A DNA stretch of 48,147 nucleotides. It comes from Burkholderiaceae bacterium (GTDB lineage Bacteria > Pseudomonadota > Gammaproteobacteria > Burkholderiales > Burkholderiaceae_C). Shown here in pieces: positions 8,819 to 18,607 of this stretch. The stretch lies in NCBI GenBank assembly GCA_965661935.1, contig CBFIFT010000002.1, positions 1 to 48,147 on the forward strand. Direction: 5' to 3'. Under the pieces are notes generated by a model, which searched no databases, was not told the DNA's origin, and was given only the letters and a program-made list of their open reading frames with translations. The number at the start of each line of letters is the position of its first letter. The stretch's first letter is position 1. The position numbers were made by a program, and so were the translations under genes.

Positions 8819-11195
8819 TCGCACGGAACCAATACCGAAGATTTTGCTCTCTCCAGCACTGTGGGTGATCAGGTTCCATGCTTTTCCAGGTCAATGCGCC
8901 ACATGCAATCGTACTCACCCAATCGAGCTGAGCTTCGTCCCAGCGTCGGGTGACAGACTTGGCCGGGTGGCGATACGGGTTCAAATACCCAGCCTGAACC
9001 CACGTCTGAAAGGGACGCAGCTGCTGCATCCACGCCTCGCCGCTAGAGGTGGCGCTGCCATGGTGAGCTGCCACCAATATCTGCGTGCGCAAGTCTGGGT
9101 CGCGGGCCAAAATTTCTGCCTCTTGGGCTAGTCCGATGTCACCCGTCAAGAGGACACTGCGATCAGCGATACCTACCTTGAGCACACACGAATGGGCGTT
9201 GCCAGCGCGCACACCAGCCTGTGGTTGACCCTCGACAGGGTGCAACACTTCAAACGGCACGCCATCCCATACCCATGCCTGCCCCACGTGGCACCGCGCG
9301 CTTTGGCGGCCTGCCCATGTATCAGAACTTTCAAAAGAAGCCAACACGTCGGCATTCGGATGTGCTTGGAGCACCGACTTTGCGCCCCCCATGTGATCAT
9401 TGTCTTGGTGGGAAATCACGACGCGGTTGAGGTCAATGCCTTGTGCGCGCAGAGCCGGCACCACGACTTGCTGCCCGACGTCACCGCCTGATCGGTAGCC
9501 ACGGCCCGCATCAAACAGCAGTGCATGTCTATGGGTTCGAACCCAGACTGCAGTGCCTTGACCTACATCCAAGGCGGTGACTTCAAACTCGCCCATCGGC
9601 GGCCGACTTGGCAGCCAAATCAGCGCCGGAACCACCATCCACAACCCCAGCATGCGCAACTCTAGACTCACACGGACCACGCACATCCATGTGCCCAGTA
9701 CGGCCGCCAAGGCCACCCACGCAGGGAATGGTGTGACAACCCAAGCCGCACCCGGCCAAGTGGCTAACCACTGCAAAACGCCACGCAAGGCCAGGATGGC
9801 GTCGCCCGCCCAACCCCATGCGAACTCGACAACGCCGCCCAAAAGTGTCAACGGCAAGATGAGCCAACTCACCAACGGGATGGCGACGATATTGGCGATG
9901 ACGCCTACGAGCGAAGCCTGCCCAAACCACCATGCGCTCAGCGGCGCCAAAGCCAAACTCAACTGAGCCTGGCGCCAGATCAAACCCAACGCACGGTCAT
10001 ACCACGCACCGGCTTGAGCCTGCGGCAAGATAAACAATGTACCGACGGCGATAAAGCTCAGCCAAAAGCCTGCACTGAGCGCGGCCCACGGGTCCCATGT
10101 CAACACCAGGCATGCGACGAAAAGCCATATGGCCAATTTGGACCAGTTTGCAGCCAACATGCGCAAACCCATCGCACCGATCAGCATACAAAAAGCCCTC
10201 TGCACAGGCACGCCCCAGCCAGACAGCGCGGCATAACCGCCAGCTAAAAGCAAGGTGCCCCAGAACACGACCCAAGAGCGTGGCAAGTGCAAGCCCCACA
10301 CGGGATGAATCCAAACCATCAGCCGCCAGAGCCCCCCCACCATGGCCGCCGCTATGCTGGCCCAAACCATGAGGTGCAGGCCAGACACACTCATCAAATG
10401 TGCTGTGCCCGTCTGCCGCAGGACTTGCCAATCCTCGGTCGACAGCGCCGTCTGGTCGCCCACCCAAAGCGCGGACAACCACGGTTTGCCGTCTTGCGGT
10501 GCATGGCTGTTCCAGAGCTTTTGGCGCCAAGTTTGCCGCCAAGTGTCCCAGCGACGCCGGTCGCCCGAATCCAGCGCATGAGGTTGGACATCGCGCCATT
10601 GGCGGACATAACCCACACCCCATGCTCGCATGCGCCAATCTCGCAGGTCCGCATCAAAAGTTCCAGGGTTGGCCATACCTCGTGGGGCACGCAGCCGAAC
10701 GTTCAACTGCCAGCGCGATCCAGCCACCGGTATCTCACTCAGATCGGTGGCGTACCAACTGAGCTTGACCACCCCTCGCGTGGGGGTCCACGCGTCGGGC
10801 TGCTCGGCTCCGTTCGCGTCGGGCAGTGTGCGCCAAGCTTCGACGGCCACTGAGAAACGGACCGATTCTTCGCCTTGCTTCGGCCAGGGCTGCACAATGC
10901 CACGAATTTGAACGTCTTGCTTACTCAACAGCACTTGCTGGGTGCCATCAACATACAGGGCATGCATGCCTGTCAGCGCAAAGCCAATCGTTCCCCACAA
11001 AGCCCAGCCCGTTAGCCGGCGTGCGAACACCGATTGGTTTTTCAGTACAGAGACGCTCTTTTTCACGCGCGAAAGTTGCAACAAACACAACAAGGCGCAT
11101 AGTCCGACGCAGGCATAACTCAGCGGAGCCCAAAGTGAAGATTGATGCAATTGCCAGGCAATGCCGATTAACCATGCCAATAAATTTGCGCTCAC
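8811..11195 (-). CDS. comEC: DNA internalization competence protein ComEC/Rec2
   Basis: NPGTFD, GTAHLMSVSGLH, many TM helices, LDVGQG, ISHQDNDHMGG, LLTGDI, AHHGS metallo-beta-lactamase domain. Confidence 0.95.
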   Translation of the reverse strand: MSANLLAWLIGIAWQLHQSSLWAPLSYACVGLCALLCLLQLSRVKKSVSVLKNQSVFARRLTGWALWGTIGFALTGMHALYVDGTQQVLLSKQDVQIRGIVQPWPKQGEESVRFSVAVEAWRTLPDANGAEQPDAWTPTRGVVKLSWYATDLSEIPVAGSRWQLNVRLRAPRGMANPGTFDADLRDWRMRAWGVGYVRQWRDVQPHALDSGDRRRWDTWRQTWRQKLWNSHAPQDGKPWLSALWVGDQTALSTEDWQVLRQTGTAHLMSVSGLHLMVWASIAAAMVGGLWRLMVWIHPVWGLHLPRSWVVFWGTLLLAGGYAALSGWGVPVQRAFCMLIGAMGLRMLAANWSKLAIWLFVACLVLTWDPWAALSAGFWLSFIAVGTLFILPQAQAGAWYDRALGLIWRQAQLSLALAPLSAWWFGQASLVGVIANIVAIPLVSWLILPLTLLGGVVEFAWGWAGDAILALRGVLQWLATWPGAAWVVTPFPAWVALAAVLGTWMCVVRVSLELRMLGLWMVVPALIWLPSRPPMGEFEVTALDVGQGTAVWVRTHRHALLFDAGRGYRSGGDVGQQVVVPALRAQGIDLNRVVISHQDNDHMGGAKSVLQAHPNADVLASFESSDTWAGRQSARCHVGQAWVWDGVPFEVLHPVEGQPQAGVRAGNAHSCVLKVGIADRSVLLTGDIGLAQEAEILARDPDLRTQILVAAHHGSATSSGEAWMQQLRPFQTWVQAGYLNPYRHPAKSVTRRWDEAQLDWVSTIACGALTWKSMEPDHPQCWREQNLRYWFRATP

Positions 11196-11334
11196 GTTGA
11201 TTCCTAGCCAGGCAAATAACGCAAGCGACGACTCATCTCGCTGGCAAAGTTATCCCTTGATGCACACTAGATGAGGCACTCGGCCCCGGCAAGGCTTCTA
11301 CAATCGTGGTCATCGCAATCGAGAGGAAAATCAC

Positions 11335-11793
11335 ATGAGCCCATACACCCAACTTCAAGCACTGAACATCGAACTCCCACCCGTCTCGGTCCCCGCTGCG
11401 GCCTACGTGCCATACGTGCAAGCTGGCGCCACCGTGTTCATCAGCGGGCACATCGCCAAACGCGACGGTGCGCCTTGGATAGGCCAGTTAGGTACAGACA
11501 TGGACACCGCGACGGGGCAACAAGCCGCTAGAGCCATCGCCATAGATTTGATGGGGACCCTGCAAGCTGCATGCGGCGGCGACCTCAACCGTGTCAAACG
11601 CATCGTCAAACTCACCAGTTTGGTGAACTCTGCACCCAATTACACCGAGCACCACTTGGTCACCAATGGCTGCTCTGAATTATTGGGCGAGGTATTTGGC
11701 GAGCGTGGCGCCCACGCACGCAGTGCGTTTGGCGTTGCCCAGTTGCCCATGGGAGCGTGTGTTGAAATTGAAATGATCGCTGAGATCGAATAA
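11335..11793 (+). CDS. RidA/YjgF family protein
   Basis: PAAAYVP, FISGHI, NGCSELLGEVFGERGAHARSAFGVAQLP; GAGG SD. Confidence 0.92.
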   Translation: MSPYTQLQALNIELPPVSVPAAAYVPYVQAGATVFISGHIAKRDGAPWIGQLGTDMDTATGQQAARAIAIDLMGTLQAACGGDLNRVKRIVKLTSLVNSAPNYTEHHLVTNGCSELLGEVFGERGAHARSAFGVAQLPMGACVEIEMIAEIE

Positions 11794-11815
11794 TTCAAAC
11801 CAGCCTGCAGCCATC

Positions 11816-11845
11816 AAAAAAAAGCCGGGTAACACCCGGCTTTTT
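11816..11845. terminator. Bidirectional intrinsic terminator between the RidA gene and soxB
   Basis: A8-GCCGGGT-AAC-ACCCGGC-T5 between convergent genes. Confidence 0.9.
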
Positions 11846-11861
11846 CGCGCTTTATCTGGGA

Positions 11862-13583
11862 TCAAGCAATACCTGGATTTCCAACCATGTTCACCACCTT
11901 GGGGGTGTTGATCTTGCGGGTCTTGATAACAGGGTGAGCCTTGAAGTAGTCTTCCATCACGTCCCAAATCGCAGGGCCTTCAGCGCCCTCGGCGACTGGC
12001 GCCCAGCCGGCCACTTTGTACGTTTTGTCGGCCTCAACCAGGCGACCATTGAGGCGCATGTCCGTGATGCGCTGTCCACTTGGCGCCGTCGGATCGCAGG
12101 TGTATTCGAGGCCACCCACACGCACCATATCGCCACCTTGCTGATAGTAAGGGTCGGGGTTAAAGAGGTTGTCGGCAATGTCTTCCAAAACGGTCTTGAC
12201 CATAGAGCCTGACATCTGAGTGAGCGTCGAGGTGGGATAAGTGATGGCAACTTGATCCATCAAATGATCCCGTGTGATGGCCTGACCCGGCAAAATCGTG
12301 GTGCCCCAACGGAAACCTGGCGACAACGCCATATCCGCTCCACGCACTTCCATCAAAGCATCAACAATCAACTGGTCCCATGACCCGTTGAAATTACCTC
12401 GGCGATACAACAAGCCCTCAGAAACCGCCAACTCTTGATCGAGCTTCGCTTGGTAAGGCGCACGAACCTTGGTGATGTATGCGTCCATTTCAGCATCGGC
12501 TTCGATCAGGTTGGCAAAGACAGGCAGCAGGCGATAGCGGAAGTCTTGTACCTTGCCGCCACGCACATCAAAATCCATCACGCCCAAGAACTTAGAGTTT
12601 GAACCCGCATTGGTGACCAGTGTGACGCCGCCTGAGTTTTTCACCTTAACCGGTGCAGGCATACCGTCATGCGTGTGGCCGCCCATGATGGCGTCAATGC
12701 CAGTCACTCGCGAGGCCATTTTGAGGTCCACATCCATGCCATTGTGAGAAATCACCACCACGACTTGTGCACCCTTGCCGCGCACTTCATCGACCATTTC
12801 TTGCATGTGCTCGTCTTTGATCCCGAAGCTCCAATCGGGCACCATGTGACGTGGGTTGGCGATCGGCGTGTAGGGGAAAGCCTGTCCGATAACCGCCACC
12901 GATACGCCATTGACCACGCGCATGGCGTAGGGCTTGAAAACCTGGTCCTCGAAATCGGTGGTGTGAACGTTTTGTGCCAAAAATTCCAGTTGACCGGCAA
13001 AGTCTTTTTCCACGATCTCTTGCACCCGTTCAGCGCCTAGCGTGAACTCCCAGTGGGGACACATCATGTCAACGCCCAATAGCTTGCAGGCATCGACCAT
13101 GTCTTGACCATTGGTCCACAGGGCGGTCGCTGAGCCTTGCCAAGTGTCACCACCGTCCAACAAGATGGCATTGGGGCGGCTGGCGCGCATGCGCTTCACC
13201 AATGTGGCCAAGTGCGCAAAGCCACCGACCTTGCCGTAGGTGCGTGCAGCCTGCTCAAAGTCCAAATAGGTGAAGGCGTGTGCCTGTGGGGTGTTTGGGG
13301 CAATGTTGAAATATTTCAGCAAAGCTTCGCCCACGATATGAGGCGGGCGTCCATAGGCTTCAGCCACACCCATGTTGACGTTGGGCTCTCTGAAGTAAAT
13401 CGGCTTGAGTTGGGCGTGACAGTCCGTGAAATGCAAGAAACTGACGTTGCCAAATTTGGGGACGTCATACAGGCGATCTGCCGCACTGGCACTTCCGGCC
13501 AATACGTCCTTTTGCGCCAAAGCCATCCCACCTGCGCTGGCAATGGCCAACATTTGCATAAATTCACGGCGTCCGATGCTCAT
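11862..13583 (-). CDS. soxB: Thiosulfohydrolase SoxB
   Basis: Tat signal GRREFMQ, HFTDCHAQL, DGGDTWQG, HWEFT, SHNGMDVD, GGHTHD, NPDPYYQQGGDMVR. Confidence 0.97.
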   Translation of the reverse strand: MSIGRREFMQMLAIASAGGMALAQKDVLAGSASAADRLYDVPKFGNVSFLHFTDCHAQLKPIYFREPNVNMGVAEAYGRPPHIVGEALLKYFNIAPNTPQAHAFTYLDFEQAARTYGKVGGFAHLATLVKRMRASRPNAILLDGGDTWQGSATALWTNGQDMVDACKLLGVDMMCPHWEFTLGAERVQEIVEKDFAGQLEFLAQNVHTTDFEDQVFKPYAMRVVNGVSVAVIGQAFPYTPIANPRHMVPDWSFGIKDEHMQEMVDEVRGKGAQVVVVISHNGMDVDLKMASRVTGIDAIMGGHTHDGMPAPVKVKNSGGVTLVTNAGSNSKFLGVMDFDVRGGKVQDFRYRLLPVFANLIEADAEMDAYITKVRAPYQAKLDQELAVSEGLLYRRGNFNGSWDQLIVDALMEVRGADMALSPGFRWGTTILPGQAITRDHLMDQVAITYPTSTLTQMSGSMVKTVLEDIADNLFNPDPYYQQGGDMVRVGGLEYTCDPTAPSGQRITDMRLNGRLVEADKTYKVAGWAPVAEGAEGPAIWDVMEDYFKAHPVIKTRKINTPKVVNMVGNPGIA

Positions 13584-13624
13584 TGAATATTCCTTGTTAA
13601 TTGAACACTGATATAGATACGGTT

Positions 13625-13656
13625 AAAAAAGCGGTGCCGCTTGACGAGGCACCGCT
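13625..13656 (-). terminator. Intrinsic terminator between soxX and soxB
   Basis: Minus strand AGCGGTGCC-9 nt-GGCACCGC followed by T6. Confidence 0.8.
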
Positions 13657-13666
13657 AACACAGAAC

Positions 13667-14317
13667 TTACTGGTTGACTGGAGACTTGGGATCCAACAGC
13701 AACGCCACGAGGTGACGTACCTGATCTTCGGTCAACACACCGTTGTGTCCTGCACGAGGCATGGAAGAACAAGCGTTGTATGCCCGTGCATTCCAAATTT
13801 TGCCCCATGTGTACTCGACCATGGCCTTAGCAGCTGGGCTGTTGGGGTCGGTGACACCACGCAACTTGCCAAAGTTGTACAAGCTGGGGCCCAAAGTACC
13901 GTAAGACACTTCTTCTTTGGTGATTTGGTGACAGTTGTAGCAATTGCCGCCGTTGTTAGACGTCGTCTTGCTTTTCCATGTCATCCCTTTGCCACTGGCA
14001 GCAATCTTGTTGCCGACTTTCCAGTCACCCAGAAACTTACCATCGCTTGGCCACTGGATCGCCTTGAAGTTGGCTTCTTCAATGGATTTGGCAGTGGCTG
14101 CGTCTAAGGGCTGGCCTGCCACGTCCGCTTGTGAACACAAGCGGTTGCTGTCGTCTTGCTGCAAGCGCTCGACTTTGGCTATGCCTTTAGAGTGGAATGA
14201 CTTCAGGGCTTCTGCAGTCAGTTTGTCGTACTCTGCGCTCGACTTTTGCATGGGGGTACAAGCGACCAAGCCACCCGCCAAGCTGAGTAACGCCACAGAA
14301 AGTTTGATTTTTTTCAT
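13667..14317 (-). CDS. soxX: Sulfur oxidation c-type cytochrome SoxX
   Basis: GGNCYNCHQ, GTLGPSL, SMPR; LVAC lipobox; position in the sox cluster. Confidence 0.93.
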   Translation of the reverse strand: MKKIKLSVALLSLAGGLVACTPMQKSSAEYDKLTAEALKSFHSKGIAKVERLQQDDSNRLCSQADVAGQPLDAATAKSIEEANFKAIQWPSDGKFLGDWKVGNKIAASGKGMTWKSKTTSNNGGNCYNCHQITKEEVSYGTLGPSLYNFGKLRGVTDPNSPAAKAMVEYTWGKIWNARAYNACSSMPRAGHNGVLTEDQVRHLVALLLDPKSPVNQ

Positions 14318-14326
14318 GTTAGCTCC

Positions 14327-15124
14327 TTAGCGTTTGATAGCTGGTGCAATGCTCATTGCACCTTTAGCGTTCACACCCATGTACACGCCCAAAGCGATGG
14401 TCGCGTCACCGGCAAAGTCTGGCTCAGGGAAGCGCTGCTGGCGATAGCAATCGTTGAGGCGCTTCTGCATGGTCCACATTTGACCGTTGCCCACACGATA
14501 AGCTGGCCAAGCGGCAAAGCCAATGCCGTCACCGGGGTTGCTACTCAGCACTGGCAAGTCTTGCAAACGGATCCGCTTGCCTTTTTCGCCATGGCAGGTG
14601 TTGCATGAGAAATCATGGGTTCCGCTGCGCAGGTAGAACAAGCGCTTACCCACCTCGTACATATCGCGCTCTTTCTCATGCGCCTGAGGCACATTGAAGC
14701 GCAACTCACGGGATTGACCTGCGACGTAGGTAGCCAGGTCACGCAAGTTGGCCTGCTCACCCTTGTTGTAACTGGTCTTTGCAATTTTGTCAGAGTCAAA
14801 GCCTTGCAAAGTCTCCATGCACGTCAGCAAACGTGACTCTAGGTCTTGCACACGGCCGGTGTCAGCGAAGTACCGTGGGAGCTCAACGAACGCGCCTGCT
14901 ACAACGCCAGGCCCTTTGCCCAGATCACATTTTTCGAGTGTGGCGTTCTTGGGGCCACGGGGCGTCGTCCAGAGTTCTTCGCCACTCATTTCGAATAGCT
15001 CGGCTGGGTTGCCGTCTTGCAGCATGGCACGGTACTCAGCGATGCCAGCAGCAATCGAGTCTGCTTTGGCGCCACTCACTGCCGTGGTTGCCGCGAAAGC
15101 CAATAAAACGAGATGTTTCTTCAT
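14327..15124 (-). CDS. soxA: Sulfur oxidation c-type cytochrome SoxA (monoheme type)
   Basis: NPAEL, single CNTCH, IRLQDLP, WPAYR, RLNDCYRQQR; GGAGGAG SD before the ATG at 15124. Confidence 0.95.
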   Translation of the reverse strand: MKKHLVLLAFAATTAVSGAKADSIAAGIAEYRAMLQDGNPAELFEMSGEELWTTPRGPKNATLEKCDLGKGPGVVAGAFVELPRYFADTGRVQDLESRLLTCMETLQGFDSDKIAKTSYNKGEQANLRDLATYVAGQSRELRFNVPQAHEKERDMYEVGKRLFYLRSGTHDFSCNTCHGEKGKRIRLQDLPVLSSNPGDGIGFAAWPAYRVGNGQMWTMQKRLNDCYRQQRFPEPDFAGDATIALGVYMGVNAKGAMSIAPAIKR

Positions 15125-15147
15125 GTTGTCTCCTCCTCGAGGTTTGT

Positions 15148-15182
15148 AAAAAGCCGCTGACCAGTTTAACGGATCAGCGGCT
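15148..15182 (-). terminator. Terminator-like hairpin between soxZ and soxA
   Basis: Minus strand AGCCGCTGA...TCAGCGGCT 9-bp perfect stem followed by a T run. Confidence 0.7.
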
Positions 15183-15188
15183 AGGAGC

Positions 15189-15500
15189 TTATTTGATTGC
15201 AACCTCGTCGGTGCGTGAGTCACCTTTGTTGTCTTTCCAGCTCACAAGGATTTTGTCACCGGCGGCACCGCCGTCAAAAGTGAACGACAGATACGGGTTT
15301 TGTGAAACAGCTGTACTCCACTGCGCCTTCAAAACTGTCTTGCCGTTGTGAGTTGCCTCAACGTCAGTGATGAAGTGTGCGGGGATCAAGTTGCCAGAGC
15401 CGTCTTTGCGCTGGCCGCCTTCCATTGGGTGAGCCATCAGGGCTCGCACGTTTGTTTTACCGTTGGACGCCTTGGCGCGGATTCGCATTGGTTTTCCCAT
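15189..15500 (-). CDS. soxZ: Sulfur carrier complex protein SoxZ
   Basis: PMRIRA, LMAHPME.GQRKD, IPAHFI, AVSQNPYL, WKDNKGD. Confidence 0.96.
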   Translation of the reverse strand: MGKPMRIRAKASNGKTNVRALMAHPMEGGQRKDGSGNLIPAHFITDVEATHNGKTVLKAQWSTAVSQNPYLSFTFDGGAAGDKILVSWKDNKGDSRTDEVAIK

Positions 15501-15557
15501 GATATTTCTCCTAATTGAATGCTGTGATGGTTTTCAAAGTCTGGTGCTGCCCGGCGA

Positions 15558-16016
15558 TTAGCCGCCACAACCACCCAAAGTGACTTTGGTTTCCTTCTTG
15601 GCGTAGTAAAGCTGACCATTGGCCTTGACCACGGCATACACGTCAGAAGTCTGTCCCATCTTCACGCGCAAATCGACGTCTGCGCTGGTGCCAGCGGGAA
15701 TGGTGAAGCCAGCGGCCAACGGCGTGGGGTTCTTTTCCACCAACACCCACATGTCGGTCGTGCCTGGCAACTCACTGGTAGCACCGACCGGGACCACTGC
15801 GCCGTTTTCGGCGATGTCTGGTGCGCTGACCTTGACCTTATCGCTCTCAGAACCTTTACCGCCGATGGCTTGTAGAGCGCCGGCCAAGTCTTTCGAAGCA
15901 AAGCCAGGGCGTGATTCTGCAGCTGCCTGAGCTTGACTTGCGGTGATGATGCCCAGTGAAACCAGGGTGCCCAACGCACCAGTGGTTTTCAAAATTTCAC
16001 GTCGGGTCGTTTTCAT
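15558..16016 (-). CDS. soxY: Sulfur carrier protein SoxY
   Basis: Tat signal TTRREILK, APDIAENGAVVPV, C-terminal KVTLGGCGG swinging arm. Confidence 0.98.
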   Translation of the reverse strand: MKTTRREILKTTGALGTLVSLGIITASQAQAAAESRPGFASKDLAGALQAIGGKGSESDKVKVSAPDIAENGAVVPVGATSELPGTTDMWVLVEKNPTPLAAGFTIPAGTSADVDLRVKMGQTSDVYAVVKANGQLYYAKKETKVTLGGCGG

Positions 16017-16175
16017 TGTTGCTCCTTTTTTACGTCAACATTTCAAAAAAATAATTTGGCTCAGCCTACCTGAATTTGATCGCCTCGCACAATCAGGCCA
16101 GCTGACAACACAAGCTATTATGTGATGCCATCCGACCTGTAGTCATCAGTAGTTGTGCTTATTTCACACCACTGG

Positions 16176-17279
16176 TCACTTCTTTTCACCCTTCAGAACC
16201 CACTCTGCAAGCAGGTCAAGTTCTGCGGCACTCAACTGAGCCTGTGGCGGCATAGGCACAGGACCCCACACACCCGCACCGCCATTTTTGATTTTTTCAA
16301 TCAGGTATGTTTTGGCATCGGCTTGGTCCGCATATTTGGCCTGCATATCAGAAAAAGCCGGGCCCACAAGCTTGCTGGTCATGCCGTGACACGCGGTGCA
16401 CGAGTTAGCGCCAAGCAACTTTTTCGCGGCAGCTTCGTCGAGCCCACCACCCGTGGCAGCTTGACCACCCGCGGCAAGCGTTTGTGGCGCCTTGGCTGCA
16501 ATCTGCCTTGCCTCGCTCAACGTTTTAGGCGCTGGTCGCTCAGTGTCAGCGCCTCGAACTGCACCCACGATGCGGTTTTGCGCCTGGATATTGCCATGCG
16601 CATCACGGGCAAAGTCTGGCAGACTCGAGGCGATTTTGACCTCAGTTGCACAGTTTTTCATGCAAGCTGTGTTTTGCACGTCACCTTTGCCGTTGACCAC
16701 CCACATGTCCTCGTGCCTGACCATGCCATTGCGATTGGGCATGCGATTTTGGACTTCTTTGATGCTGTCTTGATTCAATTCAAAATCTTCATCGATCACT
16801 TCAGCCAGGTTGAGGATGTACGCCAAGACCGAATAGACCTCGTCGCTGGTGAGCGTCTTGGGTGCATTCCAAGGCATGGCCCGGTTGATGTAGTCCCAAA
16901 GGGTTGAGACAGTTGCCACCTTCATCATGGTGGTTCGCTGTGGGAAGTTGGCACCAGGGAGTAGGTTCTTCACATGCCCGGTTTTGACGTCGTCCGCTGT
17001 GGTTCCGCCCACAATGGGTGTGAAGACTTCGTTGGACTCGCCAAATACGCCGTGGCAACTGGCACACTTGGCCTCCCAAATTTCCGCTCCAGCATCAACG
17101 GTGCCGACACCAGCAGGCAAACCCTTGAAATCTGGACGCACATCGATGTCCCATGCTGCCACTTCGGCAGGCGTGGCATCCCGCCCTATGTCAGCCCAGG
17201 GCGCGGACGCTGCGTAGGTGATTGACGTCACTGCCATCAAAGTGGCAGCACTTGCTAAATGTCTCAATACTTGCTTCAT
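16176..17279 (-). CDS. soxD: Sulfane dehydrogenase diheme cytochrome subunit SoxD
   Basis: WDIDVRPDF.GLP.G.G, CASCH, YINRAMPW, MPNRNG, second heme CTACH...GVWGPVPMP. Confidence 0.95.
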   Translation of the reverse strand: MKQVLRHLASAATLMAVTSITYAASAPWADIGRDATPAEVAAWDIDVRPDFKGLPAGVGTVDAGAEIWEAKCASCHGVFGESNEVFTPIVGGTTADDVKTGHVKNLLPGANFPQRTTMMKVATVSTLWDYINRAMPWNAPKTLTSDEVYSVLAYILNLAEVIDEDFELNQDSIKEVQNRMPNRNGMVRHEDMWVVNGKGDVQNTACMKNCATEVKIASSLPDFARDAHGNIQAQNRIVGAVRGADTERPAPKTLSEARQIAAKAPQTLAAGGQAATGGGLDEAAAKKLLGANSCTACHGMTSKLVGPAFSDMQAKYADQADAKTYLIEKIKNGGAGVWGPVPMPPQAQLSAAELDLLAEWVLKGEKK

Positions 17280-18607
17280 CAGTACACCTGCACGTTAGAT
17301 ACTTCGCCGCTCTCAGAAATTTTCCATGACTGAATGGCGTTGTTGTGATAGATCGAGCGGGTACCCCGCACGGCTCTCAGCTGATTGATCTTGGGCTGGA
17401 CATAGCCAGTGCTATCGATGGCACGGCTTTGCAGAATGGCAGGCTTACCATCCCACACCCAGTCAATATTGAATCGGGTCAGCGCCTTTGAAAGGACGGG
17501 CGACTCAAGGCGAGCTGTGCGCCAGTTGCGCCCACCGTCGACAGAGACGTCCACGCGCTTGATTTCACCGCGGCCAGACCATGCCAGGCCACTGACGTTG
17601 TAATACCCTTTGTCAAGCAGCGTTTGGCTGCCTGATGGGGTGGTAATCACGCTCTTGCACTCTTGAATAGACGTGTACTGCCGATGCTGGCCGTTAGGCA
17701 ACAAGTCGATGTAGTGCACAGCCTCGTCTTTGGTCGCGTAACGCTGGTCACCCACCTCAATGCGGCGCAAATACTTAACCCAGCTCACACCTTGCACACC
17801 CGGAACCACCAAGCGCAGTGGGTAGCCATTCTCAGGGCGAAGCATTTCACCATTCATGGCCCAAGCAACCATCACGTCGTCCATCGCCCGCTCGATGGGG
17901 ATGGTCCGGGTCATGGATGAGCCATCGGCGCCTTCGGCCAAGATGTATTTGCCGTCTTTCTTGTCGTAGCCGCACATTTCAAGCAACGTGGACAACAACA
18001 CGCCCGTGAACTCTGAGCAACTGATCATGCCGTGCGTGTACTGAACAGATGGCAACGCGACGTTACCCCACTCAGGACCCGTGTTGGCGCCGCACTCGAT
18101 GAAGTGAATGCGAGAGACGCTTGGCAGGCGCATCAAATCATCCATCGTGAATACGCGCTGGCGCTTGACCAGGCCATTGATCATCAAGCGATGCTGTGAT
18201 GGGTCGATGTCCCACCACCCTTGGTGATGGCGTTCAAAGTGCAAACCACTTGGCGTGATGATGCCGAACAAGCCTTGCAAGGGGCAGAAACTAACCGAAG
18301 CACCACCAACACGCGTCAAGCCAGGGCTTTCACGGCGCTGCAAGTTACTTTCCCACTTGCTGGGCTTGCCATAACCGTCGGTCACCACAGGCTGACCCAG
18401 ATTGGTTGAGTGACGGGGCAGCTTCAAAATGGCATCCTCACCAGCGGCTGCGGCCTGGGTTGAGGCAGCAACACCAGCACCCATTGCCAGTGCCTTGCCC
18501 ATGAAGCTACGGCGAGCCTTGCGGGCAGTCTCTAGTTCTTGGGTACCCAAGTGGTTTTCTGGCGCAGGCAAGATACGCCCAATGGTTTGACTCAAATCTT
18601 CAGACAC
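17279..18607 (-). CDS. soxC: Sulfane dehydrogenase molybdoprotein SoxC
   Basis: Tat ARRSFM, ITPSGLHFERHH, FIECGAN (Mo-Cys), ENGYPLRL; GTG start at 18607 with AAGGA SD, overlapping the regulator stop. Confidence 0.96.
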   Translation of the reverse strand: MSEDLSQTIGRILPAPENHLGTQELETARKARRSFMGKALAMGAGVAASTQAAAAGEDAILKLPRHSTNLGQPVVTDGYGKPSKWESNLQRRESPGLTRVGGASVSFCPLQGLFGIITPSGLHFERHHQGWWDIDPSQHRLMINGLVKRQRVFTMDDLMRLPSVSRIHFIECGANTGPEWGNVALPSVQYTHGMISCSEFTGVLLSTLLEMCGYDKKDGKYILAEGADGSSMTRTIPIERAMDDVMVAWAMNGEMLRPENGYPLRLVVPGVQGVSWVKYLRRIEVGDQRYATKDEAVHYIDLLPNGQHRQYTSIQECKSVITTPSGSQTLLDKGYYNVSGLAWSGRGEIKRVDVSVDGGRNWRTARLESPVLSKALTRFNIDWVWDGKPAILQSRAIDSTGYVQPKINQLRAVRGTRSIYHNNAIQSWKISESGEVSNVQVY

